Assembly (NCBI GenBank): GCA_945862405.1
Contig: CAMAYX010000001.1
Coordinates: 2,089 to 66,088 of the forward strand
Source of the DNA: Legionella genomosp. 1
GTDB taxonomy: Bacteria > Pseudomonadota > Gammaproteobacteria > Legionellales > Legionellaceae
Length of the DNA stretch: 64,000 bases
Reading direction: 5' to 3'
The notes under the pieces are model-generated. The model saw only the letters and a program-made list of their open reading frames with translations. It was not told where the DNA came from and searched no databases. A program made the position numbers and the translations under genes. This document shows positions 29,268 to 40,246 of the stretch, piece after piece. How positions within the stretch are numbered: position 1 is the first letter of the stretch; each line of letters opens with the position of its first letter.

Positions 29268-30119
29268 ATGCTCAAGGACCTCAAAACATATACGCAATAT
29301 TTATTGCCTAAAAACGGCCTAACTGCACTGGCGGGTTATATAGCCGATTTAAATCATCCTGCATTAAAAAGTTATCTCATTCGAAGATTCATCCAGCAAT
29401 ATGGGGTTAATATGCAAGAAGCATTGGAAGAAGACCCCGACAAATATGCTACGTTCAACGATTTTTTTATTCGCCGTTTAAAGCCTGAATGCCGCCCTAT
29501 AGCGTCTAGTGATATTGTGTCTCCGGTTGATGGCTATGTCAGCGAGATTGGCAGTATTCAAGATGGGCGATTATTACAAGCAAAAAATAAATTTTATACT
29601 GTAGCTGAACTGTTAGGCACCGATGGAATAGAAAGCGCTCAATTTAATAATGGTGCATTTGCAACCTTATATTTATCTCCTAGGGATTATCACCGGGTAC
29701 ATATGCCCATCGAAAGTACGTTATTGAAAATGACGTACATCCCTGGGAAGTTATTCTCGGTGCAACCATCCACAGCGCGGGTTATCCCGAGACTTTTTGC
29801 CGTAAATGAACGCGTGGTAGTTTATTTCAACACTCAAATTGGTACTATGGTGATGGTTTTAGTAGGCGCGACCATTGTTGGTGGCATCGGTACCCGTTGG
29901 CACGGCAAGGTGGTGCGCGGTTCGCGTAAAATGGAATTTAACTATCAGATGCCGACCAGCAGGAATACCGTATTGCAAAAAGCAGAGGAAATGGGATATT
30001 TCAAATTAGGGTCAACTGTGGTTTTATTATTCGCAAATGGAAATCAAGTTGCCTGGGAACAAAATTTGCGCGCAGAATCGCAAATTCAATTTGGAGCGCC
30101 TTTAGGTATTATAACATAG
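29268..30119 (+). CDS. psd: Phosphatidylserine decarboxylase
   Basis: [34 protein letters not shown] autocleavage motif. Confidence 0.97.
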   Translation: MLKDLKTYTQYLLPKNGLTALAGYIADLNHPALKSYLIRRFIQQYGVNMQEALEEDPDKYATFNDFFIRRLKPECRPIASSDIVSPVDGYVSEIGSIQDGRLLQAKNKFYTVAELLGTDGIESAQFNNGAFATLYLSPRDYHRVHMPIESTLLKMTYIPGKLFSVQPSTARVIPRLFAVNERVVVYFNTQIGTMVMVLVGATIVGGIGTRWHGKVVRGSRKMEFNYQMPTSRNTVLQKAEEMGYFKLGSTVVLLFANGNQVAWEQNLRAESQIQFGAPLGIIT

Positions 30120-30267
30120 GAGTACTTAGCAATTTGCTAATCATCTTGAACAATCTTGATGCTTGAGGAGCCTAGCACAGGACATTGAGGTTTTTGACCA
30201 TAATAGAATTGAATCTATACTTTGTTTAAGAGTCATTAACAATGGTGAAATAACCAAGGAGTTTAAA

Positions 30268-30519
30268 TTGACTGAATATATTTATAAAGGATTCAAGATT
30301 TCTTTTAAAATTGTACCTACGGAATCCGATACGAGTCTTTACAAAGCTGATGGAAAAGTACTTTATCTTCTAAGTCATCCTAAATCATTTGTTCCCGTAA
30401 AATTCCATACCGAATATGAAACCTACGAAGGTGCCGAGCATGAAATTAAAAAGATGCTTGAGAATTATGTGGATTTTGAATTGAAAAGCTTTTACGAAAT
30501 GAAAAAAGAAAAAACTTAA
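30268..30519 (+). CDS. Small hypothetical protein
   Basis: AAGGAG followed by TTG at 30268; 83-aa open frame. Confidence 0.7.
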   Translation: MTEYIYKGFKISFKIVPTESDTSLYKADGKVLYLLSHPKSFVPVKFHTEYETYEGAEHEIKKMLENYVDFELKSFYEMKKEKT

Positions 30520-30528
30520 TTATTGTAA

Positions 30529-30615
30529 TGGTACCGAGAAGAGGACTCGAACCTCCACGGGGTTACCCCCACTAGCACCTGAAGCTAGCGTGTCTACCAA
30601 TTCCACCACCTCGGC
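30529..30615 (-). tRNA. tRNA-Leu (CAG)
   Basis: GCCGAGGTGGTGGAATTGGTAGACACG-CTAGC TT CAG GT GCTAG, long variable arm, GGTTCGAGTCC, CCA end. Confidence 0.98.
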
Positions 30616-30723
30616 AATCGAGGGTAAGGTACTGAAGAATATTGGGGCTGTCAATTAAAATTTTAGAATTTATGCGCCAGATTCTGCTATTCTTCATTTA
30701 ACTAATTTGCCTAAATTAATCTC

Positions 30724-31518
30724 ATGCCCTTTATAGATTCAATCGAGAAAATTGTTGATGCATGGTTTGCGCTACTGCCACGCACCCGCCCTAATGTCGG
30801 TCATGCTCATAATGCCTGTCTTATAGCCCATCGTGGTGCTCATGATATTCGTTTGGACATTATTGAAAATACCCACGCTGCGTTTCAACGAGCTATAGAA
30901 TTGAATTGTTGGGGTATAGAGTTTGATGTACATGCCTGTTCGGATACAGTGTTGGTCGTTAATCATGATCCGGATTTACAACGTTTGTGGGGCAAAAGAG
31001 AAGATATTCGCTCCTTGAACTATAAAGATTTGCACACCCTAGCGCCACTAGTCCCAAGTCTTGAAGAAGTAGTACAACGTTACGGCAAATCCTTACACTT
31101 GTTTATTGAGCTTAAGTCTCCATTTACCCAAATTGCGGTACTTGCGGAAACCTTGCAAGCGCTTACCCCTTGTCTTGATTACCATCTACTGAGCTTAGAC
31201 GAACACATCTTTCCTTCATTGCTACAATATTTTCCTAAAGAAGCTCTATTGTTAGTACCCATCCATAACAATGTTACGCAGTTCTTTAAAATCAGTTTGG
31301 AACATCAATATGGCGGAGTTTTAGGACATTATTTATTGATGGCGGATAAACGCATTCAAGATTTAAAGGCAGCGCACCAAATTGTTGGTGTGGGATTTGT
31401 GGATTCAAAATACAGTTTGTATCGGGAATTAAATCGAGGGCTGCGATTTATTTTCAGTAATAATATTAAAGAAGTGAGTTTGTATTTGCAGGAATTACGT
31501 CAAGATGAGGCTATTTAA
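30724..31518 (+). CDS. Glycerophosphodiester phosphodiesterase family protein
   Basis: IAHRG, ENT, IEFDV, VNHD, IELK motifs. Confidence 0.9.
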   Translation: MPFIDSIEKIVDAWFALLPRTRPNVGHAHNACLIAHRGAHDIRLDIIENTHAAFQRAIELNCWGIEFDVHACSDTVLVVNHDPDLQRLWGKREDIRSLNYKDLHTLAPLVPSLEEVVQRYGKSLHLFIELKSPFTQIAVLAETLQALTPCLDYHLLSLDEHIFPSLLQYFPKEALLLVPIHNNVTQFFKISLEHQYGGVLGHYLLMADKRIQDLKAAHQIVGVGFVDSKYSLYRELNRGLRFIFSNNIKEVSLYLQELRQDEAI

Positions 31519-31527
31519 GTTGTTATG

Positions 31528-31558
31528 CTGGATTGCTTCTTGCCACAAAGCAATCCAG
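31528..31558. terminator. Hairpin between convergent genes, probable bidirectional terminator
   Basis: CTGGATTGCTT...AAGCAATCCAG 11-bp stem, matching the inner arms of the CGTC repeats. Confidence 0.6.
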
Positions 31559-31572
31559 TAATGAACATTATA

Positions 31573-32964
31573 TTACTTAGGACCAATCATTTCCTCAGGC
31601 TTTACATATTCATTAAACTGCTCAGCCGTTAAAAATCCTAGGTTCACAGCAGCTTCTTGCAGTGAAATGTCTTCATGCAGAGCTGTTTTGGCAATCTTAG
31701 CAGCTTTATCATAACCAATATGTTGGTTTAATGCGGTTACCAACATTAAAGAATGATGTAGGAAGTAATCAATTTTTTTCCTATTGGCTTCCAGACCTTC
31801 CACACAAAACTCTTGGAAAGAATGGCACGTGTCGGTCAGTAAATTTAAAGAATGAATGACATTAAAAATAATTACGGGTTTAAATACGTTAAGTTCAAAA
31901 TTACCTTGGCTGCCGGCAACTGCCACCGTAGTGTCATTACCAAATACCTGTACGCATACCATGGTCATCGCTTCCGACTGAGTGGGATTTACTTTACCAG
32001 GCATAATTGAAGAGCCTGGCTCATTCTCAGGAAGATGAAGCTCACCCAATCCACAGCGTGGGCCTGAACCCAACCAACGAACGTCATTGGCAATTTTCAT
32101 TAAAGCGCAAGCTAGAGATTTTAAAACTCCATGCGCCATAACCAGCGGCTCATGGCATGCTAAGGCTTCAAATTTATTCGGTGCTGAAACAAAAGGTAAT
32201 CCGGTTAATTTAGCGATATGCGCTGCCGCTTTTACAGCAAATTGCGGATGCGTGTTCAAACCAGTACCAACTGCTGTTCCCCCTAAGGCGAGTTGATATA
32301 ATTCCGGCATTACATTTTCAATACGCATTAAACAAGCGTCCAATTGAGTTACGTATGCAGAAAATTCCTGGCCTAGAGTTAGCGGAACTGCATCTTGCAA
32401 ATGCGTTCTGCCAATTTTTACGATGTCTTTGAACTCGTTCATTTTTGCTGCTAAGCCATCGCGTAATCGTTGGACTGCAGGAACCAATTTCCGCTCGAAA
32501 GCTATTGCCGCAGCGATGTGCATTGCTGTCGGGAATGTATCGTTTGATGATTGCGACATGTTTACATGATCATTAGGGTGTATTGGCGACTTACTGCCCA
32601 TTACTCCGCCGGCTAATTCGATAGCTCGATTTGAAATAACTTCATTCGTATTCATATTAGACTGAGTACCACTACCAGTTTGCCAAACATGAAGCGGGAA
32701 GTGTTCGTCAAGCTTGCCTGAGCTCACTTCGTCAGCAACTTGAATGATCAATTTGGCTTTGTCTTCTGGTAATTTTCCAATTTCTTGATTGGTGAGGGCG
32801 GAGGCTTTTTTCAAAATTCCAAATGCGTGAGTAACTTCTCTGGGAATAATGTCTTTACCTATATTAAAGTGATGTAATGAGCGCTCGGTTTGTGCACCCC
32901 AATATTTGTCGGCTGGAACCTCAATCTCACCCATGCTATCGGTTTCGATTCGTGTGTTACTCAT
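31573..32964 (-). CDS. fumC: Class II fumarate hydratase
   Basis: [33 protein letters not shown]. Confidence 0.99.
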   Translation of the reverse strand: MSNTRIETDSMGEIEVPADKYWGAQTERSLHHFNIGKDIIPREVTHAFGILKKASALTNQEIGKLPEDKAKLIIQVADEVSSGKLDEHFPLHVWQTGSGTQSNMNTNEVISNRAIELAGGVMGSKSPIHPNDHVNMSQSSNDTFPTAMHIAAAIAFERKLVPAVQRLRDGLAAKMNEFKDIVKIGRTHLQDAVPLTLGQEFSAYVTQLDACLMRIENVMPELYQLALGGTAVGTGLNTHPQFAVKAAAHIAKLTGLPFVSAPNKFEALACHEPLVMAHGVLKSLACALMKIANDVRWLGSGPRCGLGELHLPENEPGSSIMPGKVNPTQSEAMTMVCVQVFGNDTTVAVAGSQGNFELNVFKPVIIFNVIHSLNLLTDTCHSFQEFCVEGLEANRKKIDYFLHHSLMLVTALNQHIGYDKAAKIAKTALHEDISLQEAAVNLGFLTAEQFNEYVKPEEMIGPK

Positions 32965-33051
32965 GATCTCATCCTCTTTCTTAAATTTGCCTTCAATAGC
33001 TGTTTTGAAGACAATATTCTAGCATAAGTTCTATAGGATCATTTCAATTCC

Positions 33052-33780
33052 ATGAAAACCATACGTATATTTCACCCAGAGCCCTTAGCTTGCGGCAAAC
33101 ACATTGAGTTGACACCCTCTGCCAGTCAACACGTGGGCATTGTATTGCGCATGCAGCCGGAGCAAGACGTAATTTTATTTTGCGGTGACGATCATGAATA
33201 TCGATCAACCATTACCTCCGTACATAAAAAGAAAGTAATTGTTTCGGTGCAAGAATCGATCGCAATAAGCCGCGAATCTCCTTGTCGAATTCATCTAGCA
33301 CAAGCCCTATCCAAAGGTGAACGCATGGAGTTTGTTATTCAGAAGGCCGTTGAATTGGGGGGCAGCAGCATTACCCCATTGGTCACTGAGCGTTGTGTTG
33401 TGCGTTTGGATGAGGAACGTCTTGCAAAAAAGCAAGCGCAATGGCAAGCCATTGCTATTTCTGCGTGCGAACAGTCTGGAAGAAACACCGTACCCGTGGT
33501 GCATCCGGTATTGTCACTGGACAATTACGTGCTGCAATGTTCTAGCAGCATCAAGCTGGTGTTAAATCCAGAAGGTTCTGTTTCTTGGCGTGAATGTATA
33601 TTCGATGCAAAAGACATCGCTCTATTGATAGGCCCTGAAGGAGGGTTAACTGCAAGTGAGATTGAATCAGCAAAAGCTAAAAACTTCACTTCCCTTTGCC
33701 TAGGACCAAGAATATTGCGCACCGAAACCGCGGCAATATCTGCACTTAGTGTGTTGCAAGCCATCGCTGGTGATCTATAA
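33052..33780 (+). CDS. rsmE: 16S rRNA m3U1498 methyltransferase
   Basis: QKAVELG, ACEQSGR, IGPEGG, LGPRILRTETA. Confidence 0.97.
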   Translation: MKTIRIFHPEPLACGKHIELTPSASQHVGIVLRMQPEQDVILFCGDDHEYRSTITSVHKKKVIVSVQESIAISRESPCRIHLAQALSKGERMEFVIQKAVELGGSSITPLVTERCVVRLDEERLAKKQAQWQAIAISACEQSGRNTVPVVHPVLSLDNYVLQCSSSIKLVLNPEGSVSWRECIFDAKDIALLIGPEGGLTASEIESAKAKNFTSLCLGPRILRTETAAISALSVLQAIAGDL

Positions 33781-33828
33781 TGACAGATAGTGTACTAATC
33801 ACTAGTCGAATTTAACCGAGGTTTATTT

Positions 33829-34155
33829 ATGAGTAACCATGTAAAAACAGTAACTGATGATAGCTTTGAAAAAGAAGTATTAAATTCAGGCAAGCCCGTT
33901 TTAGTAGATTTCTGGGCAGAATGGTGTGGACCATGTCGTGCTTTAAGTCCAATTTTAGAAGAAGTGGCTGCAAATAACGCTGATAAAATTACATTTGCAA
34001 AAATTAACATTGATGAAAATCCACAAGCACCCTCTAAATACGGTGTTATGAGCATCCCGACGTTAATACTATTTAAAAACGGTCAGGTTGAAGCAGTTAA
34101 AATGGGGTTGTTGTCGAAATCGCAATTGAGCGCGTTCGTCGATAGCAACACATAA
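33829..34155 (+). CDS. trxA: Thioredoxin
   Basis: DFWAEWCGPC, upstream of rho. Confidence 0.98.
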   Translation: MSNHVKTVTDDSFEKEVLNSGKPVLVDFWAEWCGPCRALSPILEEVAANNADKITFAKINIDENPQAPSKYGVMSIPTLILFKNGQVEAVKMGLLSKSQLSAFVDSNT

Positions 34156-34265
34156 GAACCTTCATATTTGGCGGATCTTGAACGATCTCGGGGGTAAACA
34201 AATGCTGACATACCTTATTTTTACCCCCGAGATCGTTCAACCCCCACCAAATCTGAACGGTTCTT
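34154..34265. repeat. Long palindromic element (RPE/MITE-like), copy 2
   Basis: Perfect 21-bp stem 34178-34198/34220-34240; outer AAGAACC/GGTTCTT; shares AGATCCGCCAAA and GTATGT.AGCATTT with 3321-3424. Confidence 0.75.
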
Positions 34266-34565
34266 GGCTCCGTTTGTTTTGGTTGATTTTCGCTTCGCTC
34301 AAATTTTTTTTAAAAAAATACAAAATTTGCCAGGACTCGGTAGGGCCCAATATATGCTGTGTTTAATTTATGGTTGGCTCGTTAATAAAACCTCACCATA
34401 AGATAGCTTTTCTAAAAAACCTGTGGTAGGCTAACGTTCCTATAGTATTTAATTTGTTTTTTTATGCGTAAGTACTATTAAGGCAGCGGTTTCCCGGCTG
34501 TTCTTTCCCGTAAAATATTATCCTGGACAAATCATTTCATTTAACCAACACATCAAGTGAGAAGT

Positions 34566-35828
34566 ATGAACTTTAGTGAACTTAAGCAATTACCTATTGC
34601 CGACCTCGTCAACATCGCACAGGAGCTGGGTGTTGAAAACACCTCCCGCATGCGAACCCAAGACATCATTTTTTCCATTCTCAAAGCTCATGCCCTCAAG
34701 GGGGAAGACATCCATGGGGATGGCGTCGTAGAGGTTCTAACCGACGGATTTGGTTTTTTACGTTCTTCGGACGGCTCCTACTTAGCTGGTCCGGATGATA
34801 TTTACGTCTCTCCCAGCCAAATTCGACGCTTTGGATTGCGTACTGGAGATACCGTATCCGGGAAAATTCGCCCACCCAAAGACAGTGAACGCTATTTTGC
34901 ACTTTTGAAAGTAGATCAAATTAACTATGAAACCCCAGAAAGTGTAAAGCGTAAGATATTATTCGAGAATTTAACCCCATTATTCGCTTCCAGACGATTA
35001 ATTATGGAGCAAGGGAATGGAAGTACAGAGGATTTAACCGCTAGAGTAATTGACCTTTGCGCTCCTTTTGGCCGTGGCCAACGTGGATTAATCGTATCTC
35101 CGCCCAAAGCTGGTAAAACATTGATGTTACAAAACATCGCCCATTCCATAGAAAAGAATTATCCGGATTGTTACCTCATAGTATTGTTAATTGATGAGCG
35201 CCCTGAGGAAGTTACAGAAATGCAACGTTCTGTGAATGGTGAAGTGGTTGCCAGTACATTTGATGAACCAGCCAATCGCCATGTTCAAGTTGCAGAAATG
35301 GTAATCGAAAAAGCCAAACGTTTAGTTGAACATAAGCGTGATGTAGTAATCTTGCTGGACTCAATAACTCGCTTAGCTCGAGCTTACAATACCGTCATCC
35401 CCTCTTCAGGAAAGGTATTAACTGGGGGGGTGGATGCTAATGCCTTACAACGACCTAAACGTCTCTATGGTGCCGCACGTAACATTGAGGAAGGTGGAAG
35501 TCTAACCATCATTGCTACCGCACTTGTAGATACTGGTTCCAAAATGGACGAAGTAATTTATGAAGAGTTCAAAGGTACCGGTAATATGGAAATTCACCTG
35601 ACGCGTAGCATTTCTGAACGCCGAGTATTCCCTGCGATTAACATTAATCGCTCAGGAACACGACGTGAAGATTTACTGTTGAGCCCTGAAGATCTCCACC
35701 GCACCTGGATTCTGCGTAAAATCCTTCAATCTATGGATGAGTGCGATGCGATCGAATTTTTAATTGAACGCATGAAGAATCACAAAACTAATGCTGAATT
35801 TTTTGACGCGATGAAACGCCAGGAATAA
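34566..35828 (+). CDS. rho: Transcription termination factor Rho
   Basis: [36 protein letters not shown]. Confidence 0.99.
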   Translation: MNFSELKQLPIADLVNIAQELGVENTSRMRTQDIIFSILKAHALKGEDIHGDGVVEVLTDGFGFLRSSDGSYLAGPDDIYVSPSQIRRFGLRTGDTVSGKIRPPKDSERYFALLKVDQINYETPESVKRKILFENLTPLFASRRLIMEQGNGSTEDLTARVIDLCAPFGRGQRGLIVSPPKAGKTLMLQNIAHSIEKNYPDCYLIVLLIDERPEEVTEMQRSVNGEVVASTFDEPANRHVQVAEMVIEKAKRLVEHKRDVVILLDSITRLARAYNTVIPSSGKVLTGGVDANALQRPKRLYGAARNIEEGGSLTIIATALVDTGSKMDEVIYEEFKGTGNMEIHLTRSISERRVFPAININRSGTRREDLLLSPEDLHRTWILRKILQSMDECDAIEFLIERMKNHKTNAEFFDAMKRQE

Positions 35829-37298
35829 ATGAAATACAGCGATCTCCGTGACTTTATCACGCAGTTGGAAACTCGCGGTCTTCTAAAACGCGTGCACCAC
35901 CCGGTGTCACCGTTTTTAGAAATGACCGCAGTTAGTGATAGAGTATTAAGGGCTGAAGGCCCCGCCTTACTATTTACTAACCCGCAAGGCTATTCAATCC
36001 CTGTATTAACCAATCTATTCGGAACCGCTGAGCGTGTGGCCATGGGTATGGGGGAAGAATCAGTAGCTGCCTTACGCGAAGTTGGGAAATTACTGGCTTG
36101 CCTTAAAGAACCTGATCCTCCTAAAGGCTTCAAAGATGCACTTAGTAAACTTCCTTTACTAAAACAAGCGCTCAACATGGCTCCAAAATATGTTAGTTCA
36201 GCTGACTGCCAAACTGAGATTCTTGAGTTTTCCGCTGTGGATTTATATAAACTGCCAATTCAAACCTGTTGGCCAGGGGATGCAGGTCCTCTGATTACCT
36301 GGGGTTTGGTGACGACCAAAGGTCCTTATCAATCTCGTGAAAATATGGGGATTTATCGCCAACAAGTCATTGGAAAAAATCGTCTGATCATGCGCTGGTT
36401 ATCTCATCGCGGTGGTGCTTTAGATTACCAAGCTTGGCAAAAAGAAAATCCCGGCGAGCCCTTTCCTGTTGCGGTTACCTTAGGTGCCGATCCGGCAACC
36501 ATATTAGCTGCAGTTACACCTGTACCAGATTCTTTATCAGAGTATTCTTTTGCAGGTTTATTACGTGGACAGCGTACGCAATTAGTAAAATGCATTGGTA
36601 GTGATTTACACGTTCCAGCCAGTGCGGAAATCATTTTGGAAGGTTATTTGCAGCCTGAAGAAGAGGCGCCTGAAGGTCCATTTGGCGATCACACTGGTTA
36701 TTATAATGAAGTCCAAGCTTTCCCTGTTTTTACTGTAGAAAGAATAACTCATCGACGCGATCCCATTTATCATAGTACCTATACAGGACGTCCACCTGAT
36801 GAACCAGCTATTCTAGGTGTGGCTCTTAATGAAGTGTTCATACCCATATTACAAAAACAATTCCCTGAAATTGTTGATTTCTATTTACCACCAGAAGGAT
36901 GTTCCTATCGGCTTGCCGTGGTTACTATCAAAAAGCAGTACCCTGGTCATGCAAAAAGAGTCATGATGGCAGTTTGGTCTTTCTTACGCCAATTCATGTA
37001 CACTAAATTTGTTATCGTCTGCGACGATGATGTTAATGCTCGTAATTGGCAAGATGTAATTTGGGCAATTACCACACGCATGGATCCTCAGCGTGATACG
37101 GTGATGATCGATAACACCCCCATTGATTATTTAGATTTCGCGTCCCCTATTTCCGGACTTGGTTCGAAAATGGGAATGGATGCAACCAATAAATGGCCAG
37201 GAGAAACTCAACGAGAATGGGGGCGCCCAATAGAAATGGATGCCGAAATTTTAGATAAAGTTAATTCTTACTGGAATCTGCTGGGAATTGACGAATGA
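35829..37298 (+). CDS. ubiD: 4-hydroxy-3-polyprenylbenzoate decarboxylase
   Basis: [36 protein letters not shown]. Confidence 0.98.
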   Translation: MKYSDLRDFITQLETRGLLKRVHHPVSPFLEMTAVSDRVLRAEGPALLFTNPQGYSIPVLTNLFGTAERVAMGMGEESVAALREVGKLLACLKEPDPPKGFKDALSKLPLLKQALNMAPKYVSSADCQTEILEFSAVDLYKLPIQTCWPGDAGPLITWGLVTTKGPYQSRENMGIYRQQVIGKNRLIMRWLSHRGGALDYQAWQKENPGEPFPVAVTLGADPATILAAVTPVPDSLSEYSFAGLLRGQRTQLVKCIGSDLHVPASAEIILEGYLQPEEEAPEGPFGDHTGYYNEVQAFPVFTVERITHRRDPIYHSTYTGRPPDEPAILGVALNEVFIPILQKQFPEIVDFYLPPEGCSYRLAVVTIKKQYPGHAKRVMMAVWSFLRQFMYTKFVIVCDDDVNARNWQDVIWAITTRMDPQRDTVMIDNTPIDYLDFASPISGLGSKMGMDATNKWPGETQREWGRPIEMDAEILDKVNSYWNLLGIDE

Positions 37299-37993
37299 GC
37301 GCTAAAGTCACGGCAGCACAAGTAGATAATATCATTCCACTCACCGATAGCATTTTGCAAATAACCCTTATACCAGAGCAATTTATCGATTACATCGCCG
37401 GGCAGTATCTGCAAATTCTTTTTGCGGATGAAGCGTTTAGTTACTCTATAGCCAATGCTCCTCTCGGCTCGAAAAAATATGAATTACATATCCGGCATAG
37501 CCCAGATAATCCGTTCACCAAAACATTATTAGCGGAAATCAAAAAGTCTGGAACAGTTAAATTAAACATGCCATTAGGAACTTGTCATTTACAAAATCTG
37601 GATGTGCAAAAACCAATTTTATTCATTGCCGGTGGTACTGGTTTTGCTCCCATTAAAGCAATGATTGAACAGCTTCTAGCGGATGGTGACCATCGCTCAT
37701 TTGAATTATTTTGGGGAGCGCGCTCACAAAGTGATCTCTATATGGATGATGCCGTGTCTCATTGGCAAAAGCACGTTAGTCGATTTAACTATTTTTCTTT
37801 GATTTCGAATTCACGCAAAGAAAATTTAGCATCTTTAATTCTAGAACGACATCCCCATGATTTGAATGATTGGCAGATTGTAATTGGCGGTCCTTTTGAC
37901 ATGGTCTACAGCACACGTGATAAGCTAGTAGAACGAGGAATATTTCGCGAAAATATATTCTCAGATGCTTTTAGTTTTGAATCTTCAACATAA
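37295..37993 (+). CDS. fre: NAD(P)H-flavin reductase
   Basis: [30 protein letters not shown]; follows ubiD. Confidence 0.88.
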   Translation: MSAKVTAAQVDNIIPLTDSILQITLIPEQFIDYIAGQYLQILFADEAFSYSIANAPLGSKKYELHIRHSPDNPFTKTLLAEIKKSGTVKLNMPLGTCHLQNLDVQKPILFIAGGTGFAPIKAMIEQLLADGDHRSFELFWGARSQSDLYMDDAVSHWQKHVSRFNYFSLISNSRKENLASLILERHPHDLNDWQIVIGGPFDMVYSTRDKLVERGIFRENIFSDAFSFESST

Positions 37994-38001
37994 GAGAAGC
38001 C

Positions 38002-38196
38002 ATGGAAACCTTGTATCAAATTTTAGGGATTTTGGGAGCCGGATTCATTGTATGGTATATGTATCGCAATATTAAAGGACATCCAGAAGTATTTAGCCGT
38101 GCCAACTTATCCAAGAGCTTATCCAGCATGGGAGTTTTGGCACTTATTTTAATTGGCGTAGTGGCACTTTTAGTACTACTGGTACGCAGCACCTAA
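38002..38196 (+). CDS. Small two-TM hypothetical protein
   Basis: 64 aa with two hydrophobic segments, 8 bp after fre. Confidence 0.75.
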   Translation: METLYQILGILGAGFIVWYMYRNIKGHPEVFSRANLSKSLSSMGVLALILIGVVALLVLLVRST

Positions 38197-38205
38197 GCAT
38201 CGGAT

Positions 38206-38517
38206 CTAATGACGATGGCTGTTTGGGGTGTAATTCCCAGAACGCCGTGATAGATAATAATCAACATGTGGGTTATCAATAACTTCTGTGGTGCAATCTA
38301 AGATCAATTGACACTCTTCCACATAGGTCATTTGCGAGCTTTCATCAACCAGTAATCGATACCAAGGGTTGCGTTGAGAAAATTCGCGCTTTACCGCTTG
38401 TGGATTATAGCGCCCCGAGGCTTGGAATAAAGGGTCAGCATCAACAATTATCGCTCGATATCCTTGCCGTCTATGAATGACAACATCACCAATGTTAAAT
38501 TTTGCTATTTTTTGCAT
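38206..38517 (-). CDS. hspQ: Heat shock protein HspQ
   Basis: AKFNIGDVVIHR..GYRAIIVDADP, PWYRLLV, TYVEE. Confidence 0.92.
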   Translation of the reverse strand: MQKIAKFNIGDVVIHRRQGYRAIIVDADPLFQASGRYNPQAVKREFSQRNPWYRLLVDESSQMTYVEECQLILDCTTEVIDNPHVDYYLSRRSGNYTPNSHRH

Positions 38518-38611
38518 TATAATAATCTCAGAATGTCTATACTCCTATATATCGACCAAATCGAAAATTAATTTAGCTTATTGAGATTTTTTATACTTAG
38601 AAGGAGAGGGA

Positions 38612-39223
38612 TTGTATATCGGTGATCACATTGTATTTAATAGCATGGTGGCCATATTAGTATCGCGCCGTTGGTCATTGCCGCTCGTGCCCCTCGTTTC
38701 ACTTTTTATTTTCATCAACTGTATGGACTATGATCACTTGTTGAATTTTCGACTCGATGATGGCACCGCTGATTCTCTCATCTTACATCCTCTCCACCGG
38801 ATGGGCGGTTTTATAATATTCATAGTCGCAGCCTTTAGCCTGATCTTTCCACAGTACAAAACATGGCTTTTTAGTGTCATCATTGCCTTTAGCGCCCATT
38901 TGTTCTGCGATCAACTCGCCAATTTTGTGCACTATCAACTCTCAGGCTTAATTGCTTTCGCTATTTTACAGACGGCCTTATTTCTTTATGTTGCGATTCT
39001 ATATGTGAGCACTGGTCCTTTAGTTGGATTCATCAGCTACATTCTGGTGTCCTGGGCTGTTGCTACTTTTCAAATAATGTTCACCAACTTCGGTCTACAC
39101 ATGAATCCATTAACTGATGTCTGGGTTTGGATTATACCTTCATCGCTCGCGGTTCTCTGCGCCATTTTGTTTTGGATGATATTTTCTACAACCCAATTGG
39201 ATGCAAGGGTTGAAGCAAATTAA
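38612..39223 (+). CDS. Multi-pass membrane protein, DUF6122/YdjM-like putative metal hydrolase
   Basis: GGAGAGG RBS and TTG start; MDYDHLL, HPLH, AHLFCD motifs among TM helices. Confidence 0.6.
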   Translation: MYIGDHIVFNSMVAILVSRRWSLPLVPLVSLFIFINCMDYDHLLNFRLDDGTADSLILHPLHRMGGFIIFIVAAFSLIFPQYKTWLFSVIIAFSAHLFCDQLANFVHYQLSGLIAFAILQTALFLYVAILYVSTGPLVGFISYILVSWAVATFQIMFTNFGLHMNPLTDVWVWIIPSSLAVLCAILFWMIFSTTQLDARVEAN

Positions 39224-40089
39224 GAGAAGCGTTCTACAGGGCTATGACAGTAAGGTTGTTTATGATGTTTATCATAATAATCTTGATGATAGTATTCAGC
39301 ACGCCAAAAAATCTGCGCGGGTATTAGTTGGGTTACCACAGCGAAGTGATTTTGTTTTAATTGTTGGATGAGTTGTTGCGCAATGCCATTCTGCTCGTCG
39401 TTATAATAAAACACGGCACTCTGATACTGAGGGCCAATGTCAGGCCCTTGTCCTGCACCTTGGGTGGGATCATGAATTTCAAAAAACCGTTTTAACACTG
39501 AGAAATAATCGGTTTGCGCAATATCATAGATTACACGCACGGCTTCAAAATGACCGGTATTGGAACGGCAAACTTGTTCATAGAAAGGTTCAGGGGTATT
39601 TCCACCGGTATAACCTACTTCTACGTTGAGAACACCTGGTAAACGGCGTAAAAAATAATCTACGCCCCAAAAACAACCTCCAGCAACAATGGCCTCCTCA
39701 CTATCAATCACCTGATGGTTACTGACAAAATCCAAAGAAGCAGAATTAACACAATGACGTCGGTTTTTTTGCGTGAATCCTTCGCCGTCAAATACATGAC
39801 CTAAATGTGCCTCACAGCGATTGCACAAGATTTCAATCCGTCTGCCATCACGGTCAGGAATTTCTCTCACAGCATTAGGTATATTCACATCGAAACTTGG
39901 CCAACCACATCCGCTGCTGAATTGACTATCCGCGCGAAATAATGCCAAACCACAGCGTCGGCATAGATAACTGCCAACAGCAACAATCTTGTTGTACGAA
40001 CCAGTATTTGGGTATTCGGTGGCTTTATCGCAAATAATGCGATGCTCAAGAGGAGTTAAGCTGCTGGTTTTATCGAGGAATTCGTTCAT
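39220..40089 (-). CDS. Bifunctional methionine sulfoxide reductase MsrB-MsrA
   Basis: MsrB GCGWPSF, HLGHVF, RHCVNS then MsrA GGCFWG, HDPTQ, AEYYHQDY. Confidence 0.95.
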   Translation of the reverse strand: MNEFLDKTSSLTPLEHRIICDKATEYPNTGSYNKIVAVGSYLCRRCGLALFRADSQFSSGCGWPSFDVNIPNAVREIPDRDGRRIEILCNRCEAHLGHVFDGEGFTQKNRRHCVNSASLDFVSNHQVIDSEEAIVAGGCFWGVDYFLRRLPGVLNVEVGYTGGNTPEPFYEQVCRSNTGHFEAVRVIYDIAQTDYFSVLKRFFEIHDPTQGAGQGPDIGPQYQSAVFYYNDEQNGIAQQLIQQLKQNHFAVVTQLIPAQIFWRAEYYHQDYYDKHHKQPYCHSPVERFS

Positions 40090-40144
40090 AGGTGGCCTCA
40101 GGTGAAAATTTGACGTTACAACCTAATTGCTGCCAGCGGAACAC

Positions 40145-40230
40145 CGTCATTGCGAGCATTAGCAAAAAAATCCAGAACGGAGTTCTATTCAAACTTCAAA
40201 CTGGATGCTTCGCTAACGCTCGCAATGACG
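40145..40230. repeat. CGTC-type palindromic repeat
   Basis: CGTCATTGCGAGC...ATCCAG...CTGGAT...GCTCGCAATGACG. Confidence 0.8.
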
Positions 40231-40246
40231 AGCATAGGGATTTTTG

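Noticed and set aside
30529-30615. tRNA-Leu as an island attachment site
   Set aside because: No integrase or duplicated tRNA 3' end nearby; flanks are ordinary genes
34178-34366. 62-aa ORF between trxA and rho as a leader peptide
   Set aside because: Starts with TTG inside the palindromic element, with no convincing RBS
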